From the NCBI GenBank assembly GCA_976226885.1, contig OZ320316.1, positions 64,418,001 through 64,482,000 on the forward strand: a DNA stretch of 64,000 bases, read 5' to 3'. This document shows positions 12,912 through 25,639 of the stretch, one piece after another. Each line of letters begins with the position of its first letter. Position 1 is the stretch's first letter. This DNA comes from Iphione sp. A-MEVVRFRX5 (lineage: Eukaryota). The notes under the pieces are model-generated. The model saw only the letters and a list, made by a program, of their open reading frames with translations, had not been told where the DNA came from and ran no database searches. The translations under genes and the position numbers were made by a program.

Positions 12912-13897
12912 TTAAGACAGGGCAGAGAAAGACTGGGCTGCTCTTTTGGCTGACATGGCATCATTTTCATATAGCATATATGTGGGGTCGGATCTCCATG
13001 TACCCAGGGCGTTAATATCATCTTCATGGGGACCCAACGCTTGAAGAGTTGTTGCTCTTCCCCTGCAAAAGTTGTGTAAGGTATATTGAGATGAGTCAAG
13101 GCCAATATCAGACATAATCATATTTAGACAACATACTATTTTGGTGGTTTTGAATGGAGCAGAGGTGAGGAGCTCATAGAATAAGGGCTGATCTTGATAT
13201 ATGGTTGCTGCGATGTAGTACATACACTTTAGGGCTCGAACTGGACAGATTTGACTGTTGTCTAATCTGGGAACCATGATCAGTTTAGGAGCATTTGTGA
13301 TATGGTCTTAGACCATTTAATGTTTACCTCTGCCCCATCTTTGTTAAATACAACGTATCAGACGAATATACACCAGTCTTGGTTAGGATGTTTGATTGTC
13401 AGACCAGACAGAAAAACAAACAGGAAGATTGACTTAGGACTGAATTGGCCCATTCCATCGAGATAACAAATAACCATCTTGAGAATTTCGAAAGTGATGG
13501 GTTTCTTTCTATTAATTAAATGAGAACTCTTACATTCTGTTGCCTTCAGAACAATAGACACTTTCTTGTGATCGAACAATGATCTGTCCATCTCACAGGC
13601 ATCCAGCTCCCATCGCACTGCAGTAATATGTTAGAAGGCCACTCTAGGTGTATAGAACAGATTTAAATATTCTATGTATGCCAAAATGTCAGTAACCTGA
13701 ATGTCCATCCCGTCAATATTGTAATACTGAGTGTATGCAAGAAAGATTCGCATCATGCGTAGCCTAGTCTTGATGGTATCGCCTGTGACAGGCTCTTGTT
13801 GCCTCTTTGCTGCAGCCTCGGACAGTGTTGCTACTCGTAAATCTGGAATTAAAAGGAACATACACAGTGAATAGCTTTTTTTCCAGGGTATATACAT
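12912..13897 (-). pseudogene. Tyrosine recombinase (phage integrase family) of the DIRS element, disrupted
   Basis: Three ORF-track pieces: the N-terminal ILAYIEYL helix, KPITFEILK...FLFVFLSGL, and CPVRAL...YTLHNFCRG...LGTWRSDPTYMLY. The catalytic HxxR reads HNFC and the first catalytic Arg region is frameshifted. Confidence 0.9.
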
Positions 13898-13962
13898 GAT
13901 ACTCCAGGGTTCTTTCTTAAGAAATTATAAACAATGGCCTTATATTTAGGGACCTTCTGAAA

Positions 13963-14604
13963 TCAGGACAAAGTATCAGCTACAATCAAGGAGGCCCCCA
14001 GTAGGTGTGAAAACTTCAGGTTTGACTCCTTGTACAGCTTTGTGAACCACAATGCTCTAGCAGCTGATAAAAGTTTTTGATCACGACCTCTGCAAGTAGT
14101 GGAGGTGCTTATTGGGGCAATATTGTCACAGAACATCTCATAGTTATTTACATCGGATGTCTTTTCTATAAATGTGTGTGCAGTTAAAGCCACACTGAAG
14201 TCTTCCATTTGAGAGATGTGTGCATCTAACAGGTGCCTGAGTGTGTTGATCATACAATATTTATCAGAGCAGGCACCCATTCCTTCAATACATGCATCAC
14301 AATATATCTTAGACTGGTAGTTGTCAGACGGCAACATCGATATACCGTTGAAAAACTTTACAAACCACTCAAGGTCAGCCCTCACTGAGTCATTTGACCT
14401 GAGGTGCCTCCTATTCTCAGGCACAGCCTGTCGATACTCATGTAAAATCCTTCCAAGAAATAGCCTTGCTGGCTTAACACTCATAGAAATGTGATTAACA
14501 TAGCCTATTAATTTTTGGTATGATTTGACAGAACTATTTGACCGTAACAGTATCTGTGAGCACATAGAGTCTGCTTTTGCATCCTTCTCTATAGGAATTG
14601 ACAT
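13963..14604 (-). pseudogene. RT connection and RNase H domain of DIRS pol
   Basis: QKLIGYVNH...ARLFLGRIL, DLEWF, YCDACIEGMGA, HISQME, FCDN and ADTLS match DIRS RNase H motifs. Confidence 0.9.
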
Positions 14605-14724
14605 AGACCTCGTTGTTAGGTTGAAGTTGACTCCAAGCCACTTGACTGTGGATGCGGGGGGTGGGGGGTGACACTTATTGTTGGCAAACTGCTAACACTG
14701 ATTTTTAATGAAGGTCTGTGCTAA

Positions 14725-15500
14725 CTAATCTGCTTGTCCAGCCTGGTTTTGTAGGGAGCCAAACACATAATCGTCTAGATAAGGTATTCTGGTTATAATA
14801 TCTTCAGATACGATCTGCATGTGCATGCTACTCATATGAGTCCCAAACAGGGGAGATAGATCAAAGTAGTATCTGGTTTGGAATTTGACCCCTAACATTG
14901 GCCAGTCAAGGGGGTCAATATCAAAATTACTGTATGCCCTCATTAGATCAAGTGACCACAGAAAAATAGGAACATCGTACGTGGATATAAGACTTACAAG
15001 GTGATATGTGGATGGAAGATACAACTTATACTGAATTTCATACAACATATGAGATGGTATGCCATCATTCACCAGGCTATATGCAAAATCAACGATAATG
15101 CGGTGCTTGTCATCAGTTGACTCGGGCCTGATGGTTATTGGGCTAATGACACACTATTCAAATGGGGGGGTTACTAAAAAGGGCCTGCGGTTGGTTTGTA
15201 ACCTAATTCCTCTGAGATATAGTGTTGAATATGATGGAAAACCTGGGGTTGACTTGGGTATGGTTCGGGTGCTTGGCCTGGGAATGCTTTGGATGCATAC
15301 CTAGGGGAAAACCGTAAGCCAGGGCATTTCTGAAAAACAGATCTGATATACTAGATTAGAGAAAATCATTTTGCCATTCTTGTAACACAAGTATAGAAGG
15401 GAGTGGTTGTTGGGCCTCAGTCATGTTTGGCTTGCCTGTAGCTAGAACATGGGAATAAATATCAAACATTTTGACTGTGGCAGTGGGCCAGGTGATTAGC
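14725..15500 (-). pseudogene. Reverse transcriptase of DIRS pol, disrupted
   Basis: VLATGKPN...PLPS, GPF, RIIVDF, DLMRAY...IDPLDWPMLG, YYFDLSPLFG and YLDD. Stops and frameshifts separate the pieces. Confidence 0.9.
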
Positions 15501-15659
15501 CTGGCAACAGTGAAAGAATCAAAATCAGGGAGTTCATGTGTGATGAGGGAGTTGGTCTTGTAGTTATTGCTTGAGTGGTGAAATGAGGGTAGTAGGTGTC
15601 CATATCGGCCTGTTGTTGGCAGAAGGATTCTACCAGTCTTGCTCCCTCTTGGGCTGTCC

Positions 15660-16563
15660 TGTCTGCTCGATGCCCTACCCGTATGGCCTGCTGTCTGAGG
15701 TCTTGATCTTCTTCTTGAGATGACATGCGTCCACCTTGAATTTGAATGCCTTATTGTGGAGATAATAACAGAGTGGACATACATGCAACATCTTAATATC
15801 ATCATTATAATGGTGTTTGGAGAAGGAGCACTTATTTATGATCCAGCCTGGACAAATGGCTGCTGACTCCTTCACTGTGCTTTGTGTTATTGATTCCCTC
15901 CGATGCATATGTGTATTGGTTGCCCTGTTTTTAAGCCGTTATACCTTCTGTGTATCCTGCAGTCTAACCCTGCCTAAATTCACTCCTACCCAGATCTTGC
16001 CGACCCAGCTTCTCAGTGCCCGTCATGGAACAACCCACGCCTCGTCTGCCAGGTCAATGATATGTTCAATCATGTCAGCCTTATTGATGGCCTTAGGGGC
16101 CTTATTGTTATTGAACATATACATGCATCTTATGATTTATTGATGAATTAAGAGTTTACTTGGATCTGACTTGTTGGTGTCGGGCTGATATATGTAGCTG
16201 GTTGGGGTATACCAGCAGGTCTTACCTTTAGTGGGAAGCGTGTCTGGATACATGGTGCCCATCAGGTCATTTATTCTCCCTTGTCCAAGACATCTGAGGT
16301 CATCTTTCAGGGAAATTCACTTGAGACTGGGTCGTCCTCGGCTTCTTCCTCGTCAGATGCATTGTTGTGGGGCCCTGTTCCTGCCGACGCACTGGCTGCT
16401 CCAGGGTAAGGGTGATGGTCAGAGCTCATGAGCAAGCCTGACTTACTTCGTCTGAGGACCTCTGTCTTGGGCTTCCCAGCCTTGCCCAGACAAGCCTCTG
16501 TATTGTCTCTTGTAGGCACTTCTGCATTTTAATCAGGGCGTTTTTGTCCTCCGACTTCATCAT
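15660..16563 (-). pseudogene. gag-like ORF of the DIRS element, disrupted
   Basis: Starts ATGATG at 16563. Contains MIEHIIDLADEAW (like LxHLxxLxxDAxxYxW) and a C-terminal CSFSKH...HVCPLC zinc-finger-like motif. Confidence 0.7.
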
Positions 16564-16809
16564 ACTGGTGAGAGAGGTTGTGGCAGGTCGGTCAGAGCTT
16601 ACTAGGTCAAGTTGACCGCAGTGGATAGCACACCTGAACAAACTGACTGCGGGTCATCCAGAAATAACCACTCCTATACTCCCGGTGGGTTAACTGGGAA
16701 TCGGGTGCACCACCACCACCACTGCAGTATTATACAAAATGTGGAGAAAATGGGGTAATGTGCGGTAAGCATTTTTCATACATCTATCATAGATTTCACC
16801 TGACCCAAA

Positions 16810-17421
16810 GGCCATCTCCTGTATACTGCTGTGCATTTGGTGTCTGTGTGCATTAAATTATCAGTCTGTGACCGTTAATGGTCAACGGACACCAATGGAC
16901 ACGGGCACAATTGACACCTTGCTGTGTGGCAGGACGACATCTTTTACAGTCACAATATCTGTCAATCAAAGTGTTCCATAACCAATGACTTTATGCTATT
17001 TTGTCATGCGACTTGTGTAACCAATCCATGCAGATGACATTTGAGCGACACTGTCACTCGGGCATGACTGTATTAGAATTATGACTGTCACATGTTATTA
17101 TGTGGTTATATTAATGTATAGACATTATATCCATTGAGAACATGCTGAGGCATCTATATCTATTTTCAAAGTATATGAGAAAGTGCAGTACACTGATACT
17201 ATGAATAGAAAGCTTTTTTTTAATCTTTTAAAAATTGTATGTGACCATAGTGAAAGTAATACTGTCACGTTGTGATGGGTGGGCGTGGCTATGTGACAGT
17301 ATGGTGATGTGTCAATTGACACCTTACAATAGATATCACTGTTTTAATAACAACAGGTGAGAATGGACGGGAAATGGACGGAAATGTACACGGACACCAA
17401 CGGATGTAAGGAATCCAGTCC
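16810..17421. mobile_element. ~610 bp MITE of the same family as 1702-2301
   Basis: Inverted repeat TTGGTGTCTGTGTGCATT (~16837) versus TTGGTGTCCGTGTACATT (reverse complement of ~17385-17402). Right end GGAATCCAGTCC|TTA. It abuts the left end of the DIRS element. Confidence 0.55.
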
Positions 17422-19199
17422 TTAACCTCTATATTTTGTGTTTGGTTCAAGGCCCACTCATACTCTATCTACCATATTTAGTGATTTATTTGATTAAATA
17501 TATGATACCTACATGATACCAATAACACCAATAATGTCATCAATCAATCAATAAATATTAATAACAATACCAATAACTTATGTGACCGACCTCTTTGTAG
17601 TTTCTACCTCAAATTCTCCCTTTACTCGACTGCGTGTCATAAGAGCTAAACACTGACGCAACTTTGTGACTGCAGATTCTATCCCTACAGAATCCTCACG
17701 AATAAAACATTGAACACGATACGCTCTTTATACTTTCTGCCATTGGCGCTCTTCCATGAACAACAGAACATGCCATATCAGGTTCTTTATTAAACGTTTA
17801 TCTTTATATGTTACACTGTACAAGGGCAACCTGCTAAATAGACTAATCGACCTATTAAAAATTATCACCCTCACTATCGGCGATTCATTGTATTCCTTTA
17901 TCGAAAACGCACTGTTTGATATGGCTTTTCAATCGAACTAACATTAAACGTTCCTGCAGAATTGCGATGTAATTGGTTATTTGCATCAATATCAACACTG
18001 GTGGTTCCTGTGCGCCTCGCTTTGATCAATGTGAAGCGAACAGAGGCCAATTGTCCTAAAAATGAATGGAGCAATCACAATAACAATCATGTGTCCATTT
18101 AAAATGACCTGATAGATTGTGCTGAAAAGCGCGATTTATGTAGAGTACAAAGTATCTTACTGCCTAATGCATTTTCCATGAAAGTGCTATATTATTAACC
18201 TGCAGTGTTTTTTTAGCGTAGTAAGTGCGGTGCTTTGCGCCACTGCATTGGGGGTTAATTTTAAACATAATGTAACAAAACATTTCCGGGGGGGACCTAG
18301 CTATGTTAGTGGATCTAGAAGCTATGTTACCGTCTGTTCCAATTAGATATAATATACGTAGGTATTTAACTAAAACGGGCCAAAATCACACAATGCTCAC
18401 GTAAGACGGTTGTTCCTGATAAAGATAATTAAAGTAGTATAATTATCGAGATAGGAGACAACCAGGCAAAAGTTCCATTACGTGGACAGAAAAAAGAATT
18501 CAAGACACATTCACTGTGATTGAAACAGAACCGAAATTTAGCATGTGTGTGAAATGAACACTTAAATAAAGCTACCATCTGATGTTCCTTTTCCTCGTCG
18601 TATCGATTTTAAGGTAACCATATTTGGAAAACGACAATTCGCCCGGACGTTATAAGTTCCTTGATACTTTGTGAAGTGAAGAGCTAGGCGTTGTAGGATT
18701 AAAAGTGGGCAGAGGGAGCATTGGTTGATGCTGCTGTGCACATACAAGGAGATCGCACGGTAAACAGGCTACTTCCGGCTTCCATCGGTGGCACTTCCGC
18801 CAGGTTAGACTCTTGATGATCTAATGGCAGTGCCAGATCCTGACCAGAGTATAGATCCGTGGTCACGATGGGGCCCAGCGACGCAAGTCCTTGGTCTTAA
18901 GGTCTATAGCCTTATCTGTATACGCTCTAAACCTCCCCCATTCATTATTCAATAGTCAATTAATTACTGTAAACACTTGCTGTCCTGTAGATTCTGCATC
19001 ATATATATTAAATCAGTATGGCAGTCATACCATAATGCATGAACATCCGGTAATGCTGCAGAATGCTGTGATGATTCTGGTAAAACCTAAAAATGATTCA
19101 TTTTGTGCCAGAGGCCTGACAGACAACCAAGGGGAACAATACAAGGCGATGGCTATCCTTTGGGATTCATGCAACGTTTGTCGTATGGAAAACAGAGCC

Positions 19200-19784
19200 A
19201 GAGGAAAAGGAGACGGTCGCAGAAGAATATGTGGCCGGGATCCAACCCAGACGGCGATATGAATCAGGTCTAATGAAATAATCGCCAGGGAATGATACTG
19301 CGAAGGCTTATTGGTCGCAAAGAATGGCAGCCAGCTCGCGCCTATTCGCATAATATCGCGTTGGCGACGAGGACGCTCATCTGCTTAGCACGCCCGGCAA
19401 ACACTAGTCGCAGCGCGATAGATATTCATGATATGAGCGGTGCTATACAAATCATAGTGGCCGGCGCTGACGGGTGTCTGAAAGGCAACTGTCAGCGGCC
19501 TATCTGGAGCGGCTTGATACTGACTAACAGCGAAAGGCGCTGGATTCATCACAGCGCCGTTCACCGCAGCCACCCGAGCGGCGCGCCGATAGAGACCGTG
19601 CACAACGCTGGCTGACACGCACTTCCCCTCCTTTCATTGCTAAATTATTCGCTGGATCTCGGCCGAACGCCTCGGCAGAGGCTGTGCGCAACAGTTTTCC
19701 CGCTCAAAATGCACCGAAAGCAGGGTGTGGAACAAGAGGAGAGATACCTTCACACCCGAGCCTCTTTTGCTCGGATCGAAGACC
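19200..19784 (+). promoter_or_regulatory. CpG-rich promoter region and putative exon 1 of the host gene
   Basis: Sharp GC/CpG enrichment against the AT-rich background, ending at a strong donor GACC|gtgagt (19785). The transcription start is not determinable. Confidence 0.6.
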
Positions 19785-22700
19785 GTGAGTTCAGCGGGCA
19801 CTAAATATACCTACAGTTGTCATGATCTGTACTACACTTTTTAAACATATATGTACCATACACTATGCACACACACAATATCGGTGATATTAAGGCTTTG
19901 CTAACCGCAATATATATTAAAGCGTTGACGTTGCGTTGCGTTTTAGTCGACATTATCCTGGCACTTTCAGATCAACCATTTTCCGCTTCAATATCAAATA
20001 AGGAGAGTTCGAATTTCATTGTTGACAGGTACGATAAATACGCTCAATGCAAACGGTTTATACTGACAGTAATCACTTACCGCGTAGGCAGGTCCGCAAA
20101 ACATTACAAAAGAACTTTGTTATCACGAACAATGGAAAAATGACATAGTATAACTAATGATTTTCCATGAACAGTAATATCGAATTCGTAGAATGGACTT
20201 ATTGTATATATGATGTTTCTAGAAAATGACATTTTAGTAGTTTGATAAAGAGTCCCGAAGTTATTTTATCAATTGCATCAACTTAACTGACGACTAGTTT
20301 AGATATATAGACACTACAACACTCACAAATACTTGAAGGTCATTTCAATAGGACAGAAACTAGTTCGATAACAGTGGAAAGCGGCTATCACCTGATGACC
20401 TCACGAGAGTAATTTTTCATTAATTTTGTTCTTCTGAAGTTTGAGTAGACAAAAAGGGCTACATTTCCGAGCATGGCTTCATGGGCAGACCGATCGATGA
20501 TAAATATTAAGCGGCTATTTCCCCGGAAGCCAACTTAGATGAGGGTGCAGATTGGTGGGTGGAGACCGCATCTGCACAGATCCGTGTGGGGGTCCATACA
20601 ACCCGCGCACATCTACATTAAAATAAATGACTTTCCGCATGCAGAAAACCCGTGTGCATGGAAATACCCCTTCAGCGTATCATGTTAGTTTGATTGACAT
20701 GTTATCTTCGAAGTGGAAAAATTTGCGGGTCACTTCAATAATTTTAAGGGGAAATACATTCTAGGCAGAACCTCCCGCAAATATTTAGCAGTACCTAACA
20801 TGCGACATTTTGTCTTTCCGGCGTTAGTTTAATTATTATCAATCATGCATACAAATGTGTGCAATTGATAGTATCATGTAGTTATGAAAGCTGTGGAAAG
20901 TTCCTAAGTATTTACAAACTTCGCATACTAGCCTGAACTAAACGTTAAGTAAACTATGACATTTAAAAAAAATGCAAATATACTATTAGGTTTCAATTTT
21001 TATCTCCAGTTATCGCAAAGCGGTTTTAAACAAAAGCATCTATCCCAAAGTTGACTTAAGCAGATTTCATTTCGGAAAGACGACAACGTGAAATCCGAAA
21101 AGGCGTCCTAATCGAAATGTTAGTTTCGTCAGATGACATGTTTTACTGACAGTATGAAGTAATTAATATTTCGTCAATATAAAGTGCATCTATATTGTGT
21201 AGAAACAATTCAACCGAAGAGATCTTGGGTTTCTGGCAGGGAAATTCTGAAGAGCAACATCTGCTAATTGCATTTAATGAGTACTTTTCTAGATGCACTT
21301 CTTCAAAGTGACACACGAATATGAAGATTTAAAGTAAAGGTGCCAACTATAATGCACCAATCATATCAATTCAACAGCTGAGGAGAAGTGGGAATACCGG
21401 GAACAGCTGCGCTTAACAAAAATTGATTAAACGTGTCCTTTGAAAGAAAGAGCAATAAGAACATGGAGTAGACTGGGGCTCGGCCAGTGTGACTGTGAGC
21501 AAATCTGTCACTATCTACTCAGGGCAATAATGCTGGAAATAAGGAAAACAATATCATGCACTGGCAAGTACTGTAAATAATGAAAAAACAAAGAACCACG
21601 ACACGAAAACGGTAAGACAATGGATGGAAATACACATTTGAATTGTGTAACATTAAAAATGGTAGAAGTAAATGGATGCATGCGATATCTTGCATTAAGA
21701 CGCGGCTACTTCCTTTACTGGAGGCAGACTATAATCATGTTTTGCTTAATAGAGAGATGATTAACCGTAGCGTGTCTCATGGATCAGTGCTTCGACTGCA
21801 TCATTTAAATAATGATCTTCCAAATGTAATAACTGATGGAAATGGTCTCTTATATGCAGATAATATTAAGATTTTGTGCATGGGATTGGAGTCGATATCA
21901 TATATTTTTTATTATTACGTTTAAGCAGTAAATATTCTTTATACACAAGTAAAAGACTGTAGATTCTGAAAGCTGGAAAAATGTCTCTGTACCGGGAATA
22001 TCTCACAATGAAAGATTAGATTAGCTTTCTGTCTGTCATCTTACTATTAATCTACCAATAAAGCTAATAGAATAATGCCTGCTTCGTTTCAACTACCTTG
22101 CGTAATTAGTTGAAGTCCGCAACACGAAGAAAAAGTGAAGTGGCCTTCTAGTATTTGGCAAGGATTCAAAAAGTTACTCGAAAAAATAGAACAATTCCCC
22201 TTATTGGTGGCCAGCTTGTAATAGACCTGCACTAGCATGAGTAGTTCAAGCTCAATACAGTGAGTAATGCCAGCCAAGGCACTTAATACGTGCCAGGCAT
22301 TCTTCCCTGTTGACAAGTGTACTTTAAAAATAAAACAAATTTTGTGGGAGCCAATTCATATTTCTGCTGTGTCCGTCGTCTATCGTGGAGGATCATGGGC
22401 TTCTACGTGTAAGCCATTGACGACGTTTTACTATGCGCAATATCGGTCCAAATGTTCTACATTTTATTGTGTATTAGTGTGTACAGATTAGCGCAATCCC
22501 AGTATAATCAGAATATTTTTTATCAAATGGCAGACCATCTGTCAATATAAGGAAAGTGGTGTGATATGAAGACAGTCAATAGAATGATACCGACACTTTA
22601 TGGAAATTGTCACCCATGAGAAGGGTTCTGACCCATGAATAACTTTCTAAGTAACATAAATCTACTCATGGCTCTACCCGTGAGTTTTTTTTTATGCAGA

Positions 22701-23292
22701 GGTACATTGGTTATGTAGGTTCCTCATAGATAGACGGCTGCACTAAATGGCCTCTTTAAAATACATAAGTGGTTTATGGTTTCGTCATGTTGCCTTATAC
22801 GTGAATGTGTAATATGCTATTTGTGTGAGTACGTGATTTTTAAGTCCGTATATCCTCCAGTTCCCACAAGTACCGAGACGGTTGGAGTGTGTCACCATAG
22901 TACACCGGTGTCCATTTCTCAACTGTATTATTCTCAGCGTCCAGCTACTTGCCTGCATGCATGCGCCCGTCGAGTCGGCGTGATGCTATCCTGTTCTTTG
23001 GTACACGCCTCCATATGGATTTGTGAATCAGTAGTGGCCATGAATGTTTAAATAGTGCAGTCAGTTTCCCCTTGAATCTCATGTCCATGCACCCTCCTCA
23101 TCCAGCAGTGCCAGTAATATCTTTTAATTCGGAGAATTGTTCTCTAGTTTTCCTACAATCTGTTCAACAGATGAGCGCCGGGCGGAGGCGGTGGTGTGCA
23201 TGTGTCGGCCGTGGGCGGTGATGATCGACTGGTCAGGCCCAGTGTTATTTTGCGGCCTACGTGGATTCGTCGCCTGTCGTTACAAGCTGTAA
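19709..23292 (+). CDS. Spliced upstream ORF, join(19709..19784,23171..23292), 65 aa: MHRKQGVEQEERYLHTRASFARIEDHERRAEAVVCMCRPWAVMIDWSGPVLFCGLRGFVACRYKL
   Basis: ATG in caaaATG context. The frame stays open across the predicted junction (C|AT = His) and ends at TAA 23290-23292, one base before the main ATG. It depends on the inferred exon1-exon2 splice. Confidence 0.4.
21640..21920 (+). mobile_element. LINE reverse transcriptase fragment (CR1/L2 group)
   Basis: SVSHGSVLRLHHLNNDLPNVITDGNGLLYADNIKI is a decayed GVPQGSVLGP...INDLP...LYADD. Confidence 0.75.
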
Positions 23293-23293
23293 C

Positions 23294-23348
23294 ATGAGGC
23301 TGGACGCCGAGGCCATCCTCCTCCTATTGTGGAGTATCTTCCTACAAG
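23294..23348 (+). CDS. First coding segment (in exon 2, 23171-23348): signal-peptide-like MRLDAEAILLLLWSIFLQ(G/E)
   Basis: Acceptor ttttcctacaatctgttcaacag (23170); aacATG context; hydrophobic core; phase-1 donor CAAG|gtcagt, compatible with the phase-1 start of exon 57616. Confidence 0.65.
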
Positions 23349-25639
23349 GTCAGTGATTTGAACTCGAGCAATTTCTAAGGCAGCATGTGTCCAGGACGAA
23401 ATACTATATGTTCCATGTTAAGAATTTCATAGAAGGTCTGCAAATTACCCGGTTCTTTCGTCAAGAAATAGATATAAGTAATACAAATTTATACACTTAG
23501 ATGCTGAGTGGAAACTATCTTTGCATTGATTGCGCGAGGAAACATCGGACGAGAAAGTTCTATTCTTCGGTTGAAATAAGCTGACATGCAGAAATACAAA
23601 TGCAAATTTAGTACAATGCCTTAATGTTAACAGCTATGCGTTTTGTTCAAAATCTTACTTGTTTGCCGGTCTCTACTTTGTGATGCTGCTTTCGCATGAA
23701 AGTAATACCCAGCAACTCTAGACTTCCCTCATGTCATGTGATGTGCACATTATATGTCAATTTATCAAATGATATATTTTAGTGTCAACTTCAATTGCAC
23801 TTAGGAACATTTCTTCATACATGTACATAAAGTTTTTCAAATAGCATTCAACCGCAAAGACATGGTAAATTTAGAACCGATATGCATTTAAAATGCATTT
23901 AAAAAGTATGCGCCATTAAATTCGGCCCCTATAAATTAATTACCTTGCTTATATGGACTAGATTGTATGGTACAATTTTTGTCTCTCTCTATCGTTTCTT
24001 TAGATTGAATGAATGTTTGAACAAGGAAAACACCTGTGTTCAGTTTAGAAATGTAAAGAAATTTGCGAAAGAAACATGACAGGAACCCTCACGTTATCTT
24101 CCTAAATGACTTTAAAGCTGGAAATCTCAGTTAAGATATAAGAGGCTGATTTTGAGTATATCTGATACTCCTTCTACTTAGTTTAAACATTTAATCATAT
24201 CACGAAGATGTTTTGTTAGGAAGTCAAGGGAAATATGGTTACTCTTTCTTTCTCTCTTAGCAGCCAGCAAATCTTCCCGTAAAAATCCGAATATTCTTTG
24301 CTAAATTTCATAACACCAATTTAATACTTCAACTATTGCAATTCACGACAATACTTGCCATGTAAAGTTACAGTGTCGTAATGTCGAGACCCTTGTACGC
24401 TCGGTATAGGAACTAACGCAGTTAGCTTCTTGCCTGCATTGTCCACTTTGGCCTTGTTCTGAAGGCATTGACATCATCCAAATTCAATAAAGCCTCCTTC
24501 ATTATCATTGGCCGTGACAACGTCAGGTGATCTTACGTCAGCTCACCCCTCCTGGGACGATATTTCTTGGGAACCGCCATTAAGCGAGGAAAGGCGACAC
24601 CCCTGCTGCATGTGCGCATGTACTACATGATGTACGCCTGTCTGCTCAAAGTCTGCCTGGCGCTCTCCGCGAGACCAACCGAAGCATCCAGGGCATGCAC
24701 AGCCTCTGCAAATTCAGGCGCTCCCTTACCACAAAAATAGTCCACCGTCCCCGATCAAGATGCAAAGAAAAAACACTCCATCGAACTTTAAAGGCAAACC
24801 TTCCTTTTTCAAGGCAAGGAGACTGTTTTAGCTTACACTGCGTTTTTTTCATACGCACCGTTTAATGTTCGTCCCCTCCGTAAGCAGTGCCTGTTGCTCA
24901 CATCTGAGGTGCAGTGGTAAGAGGGCAGGTTAGTTCTAGGACTACCAACAGCGGCAATCCGCTCTGTTCTTTATCATCAGAGACACATTTGCGTGGGGCC
25001 AATCAGTCGGGTGCCGGTCAGACGAATGGCCGAAGGCGCTGAGCGGCCGCACTTGATGCGTTTTACAGCCGCCGCTCGGGCGTTAAGTGACGCCAATGAA
25101 CATATCGAGGCCAATTCGGCTCCCGCCACGCAGGCTGCATGTGATGTCAGAACCGTATTCAATCAGTGGTCGGAAGCAGAAAGCAGGGGGGCGGTCTTGC
25201 TGGTGGGTCGGCTGAGCGCCAGTATCTAAAGGTAGCGTGGTTTCCCTTCTTTGGATGCTTGCACCATGTTTTAGTGTCTGTGTAGCCGACTTCAGTTGCG
25301 GCCCTCCTGTTGGCGACCTTCGTTTGCCGCAAGCCCTTTTAGTCGGCTTTACTGTGGAAGACCCTCAAAGTCTGGTAACAACACATTATGGAGTCTTCCT
25401 TGATCGTTTCCATCCAGTCACTGGGACTAGGTCTTCAGGGAATTCTCCGTTTTAAAGATTAAGATATTGTCCCTCTTAAGAATATAGCGATTGTCCCATT
25501 TTGGCTTGGCCTTCACCATACCTCTTTTATTAGAAGACATACACGCGTTGTTACGCTTGGGTCACCTGCACAGATTCTTAAACAGTATAAAAGATCATGT
25601 TCACAAGAGACTAGGATAAAGTAACCATGTCACTTCATT

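Larger units (their letters stand above)
12378..16791 (-). mobile_element. Full-length, inactive tyrosine-recombinase retrotransposon (DIRS order; no methyltransferase domain seen)
   Basis: gag, RT, RNase H and YR segments lie in canonical order on the - strand. Terminal similarity: 16643-16666 (CTGACTGC...AGAAATA) versus the reverse complement of 12378-12400 (CAGACTGC...AGAAATA). Boundaries are approximate. Confidence 0.92.

Noticed and set aside
24901-24965. tRNA/SINE A-box-like GGTGCAGTGGTAAG
   Set aside because: No B box and no cloverleaf.
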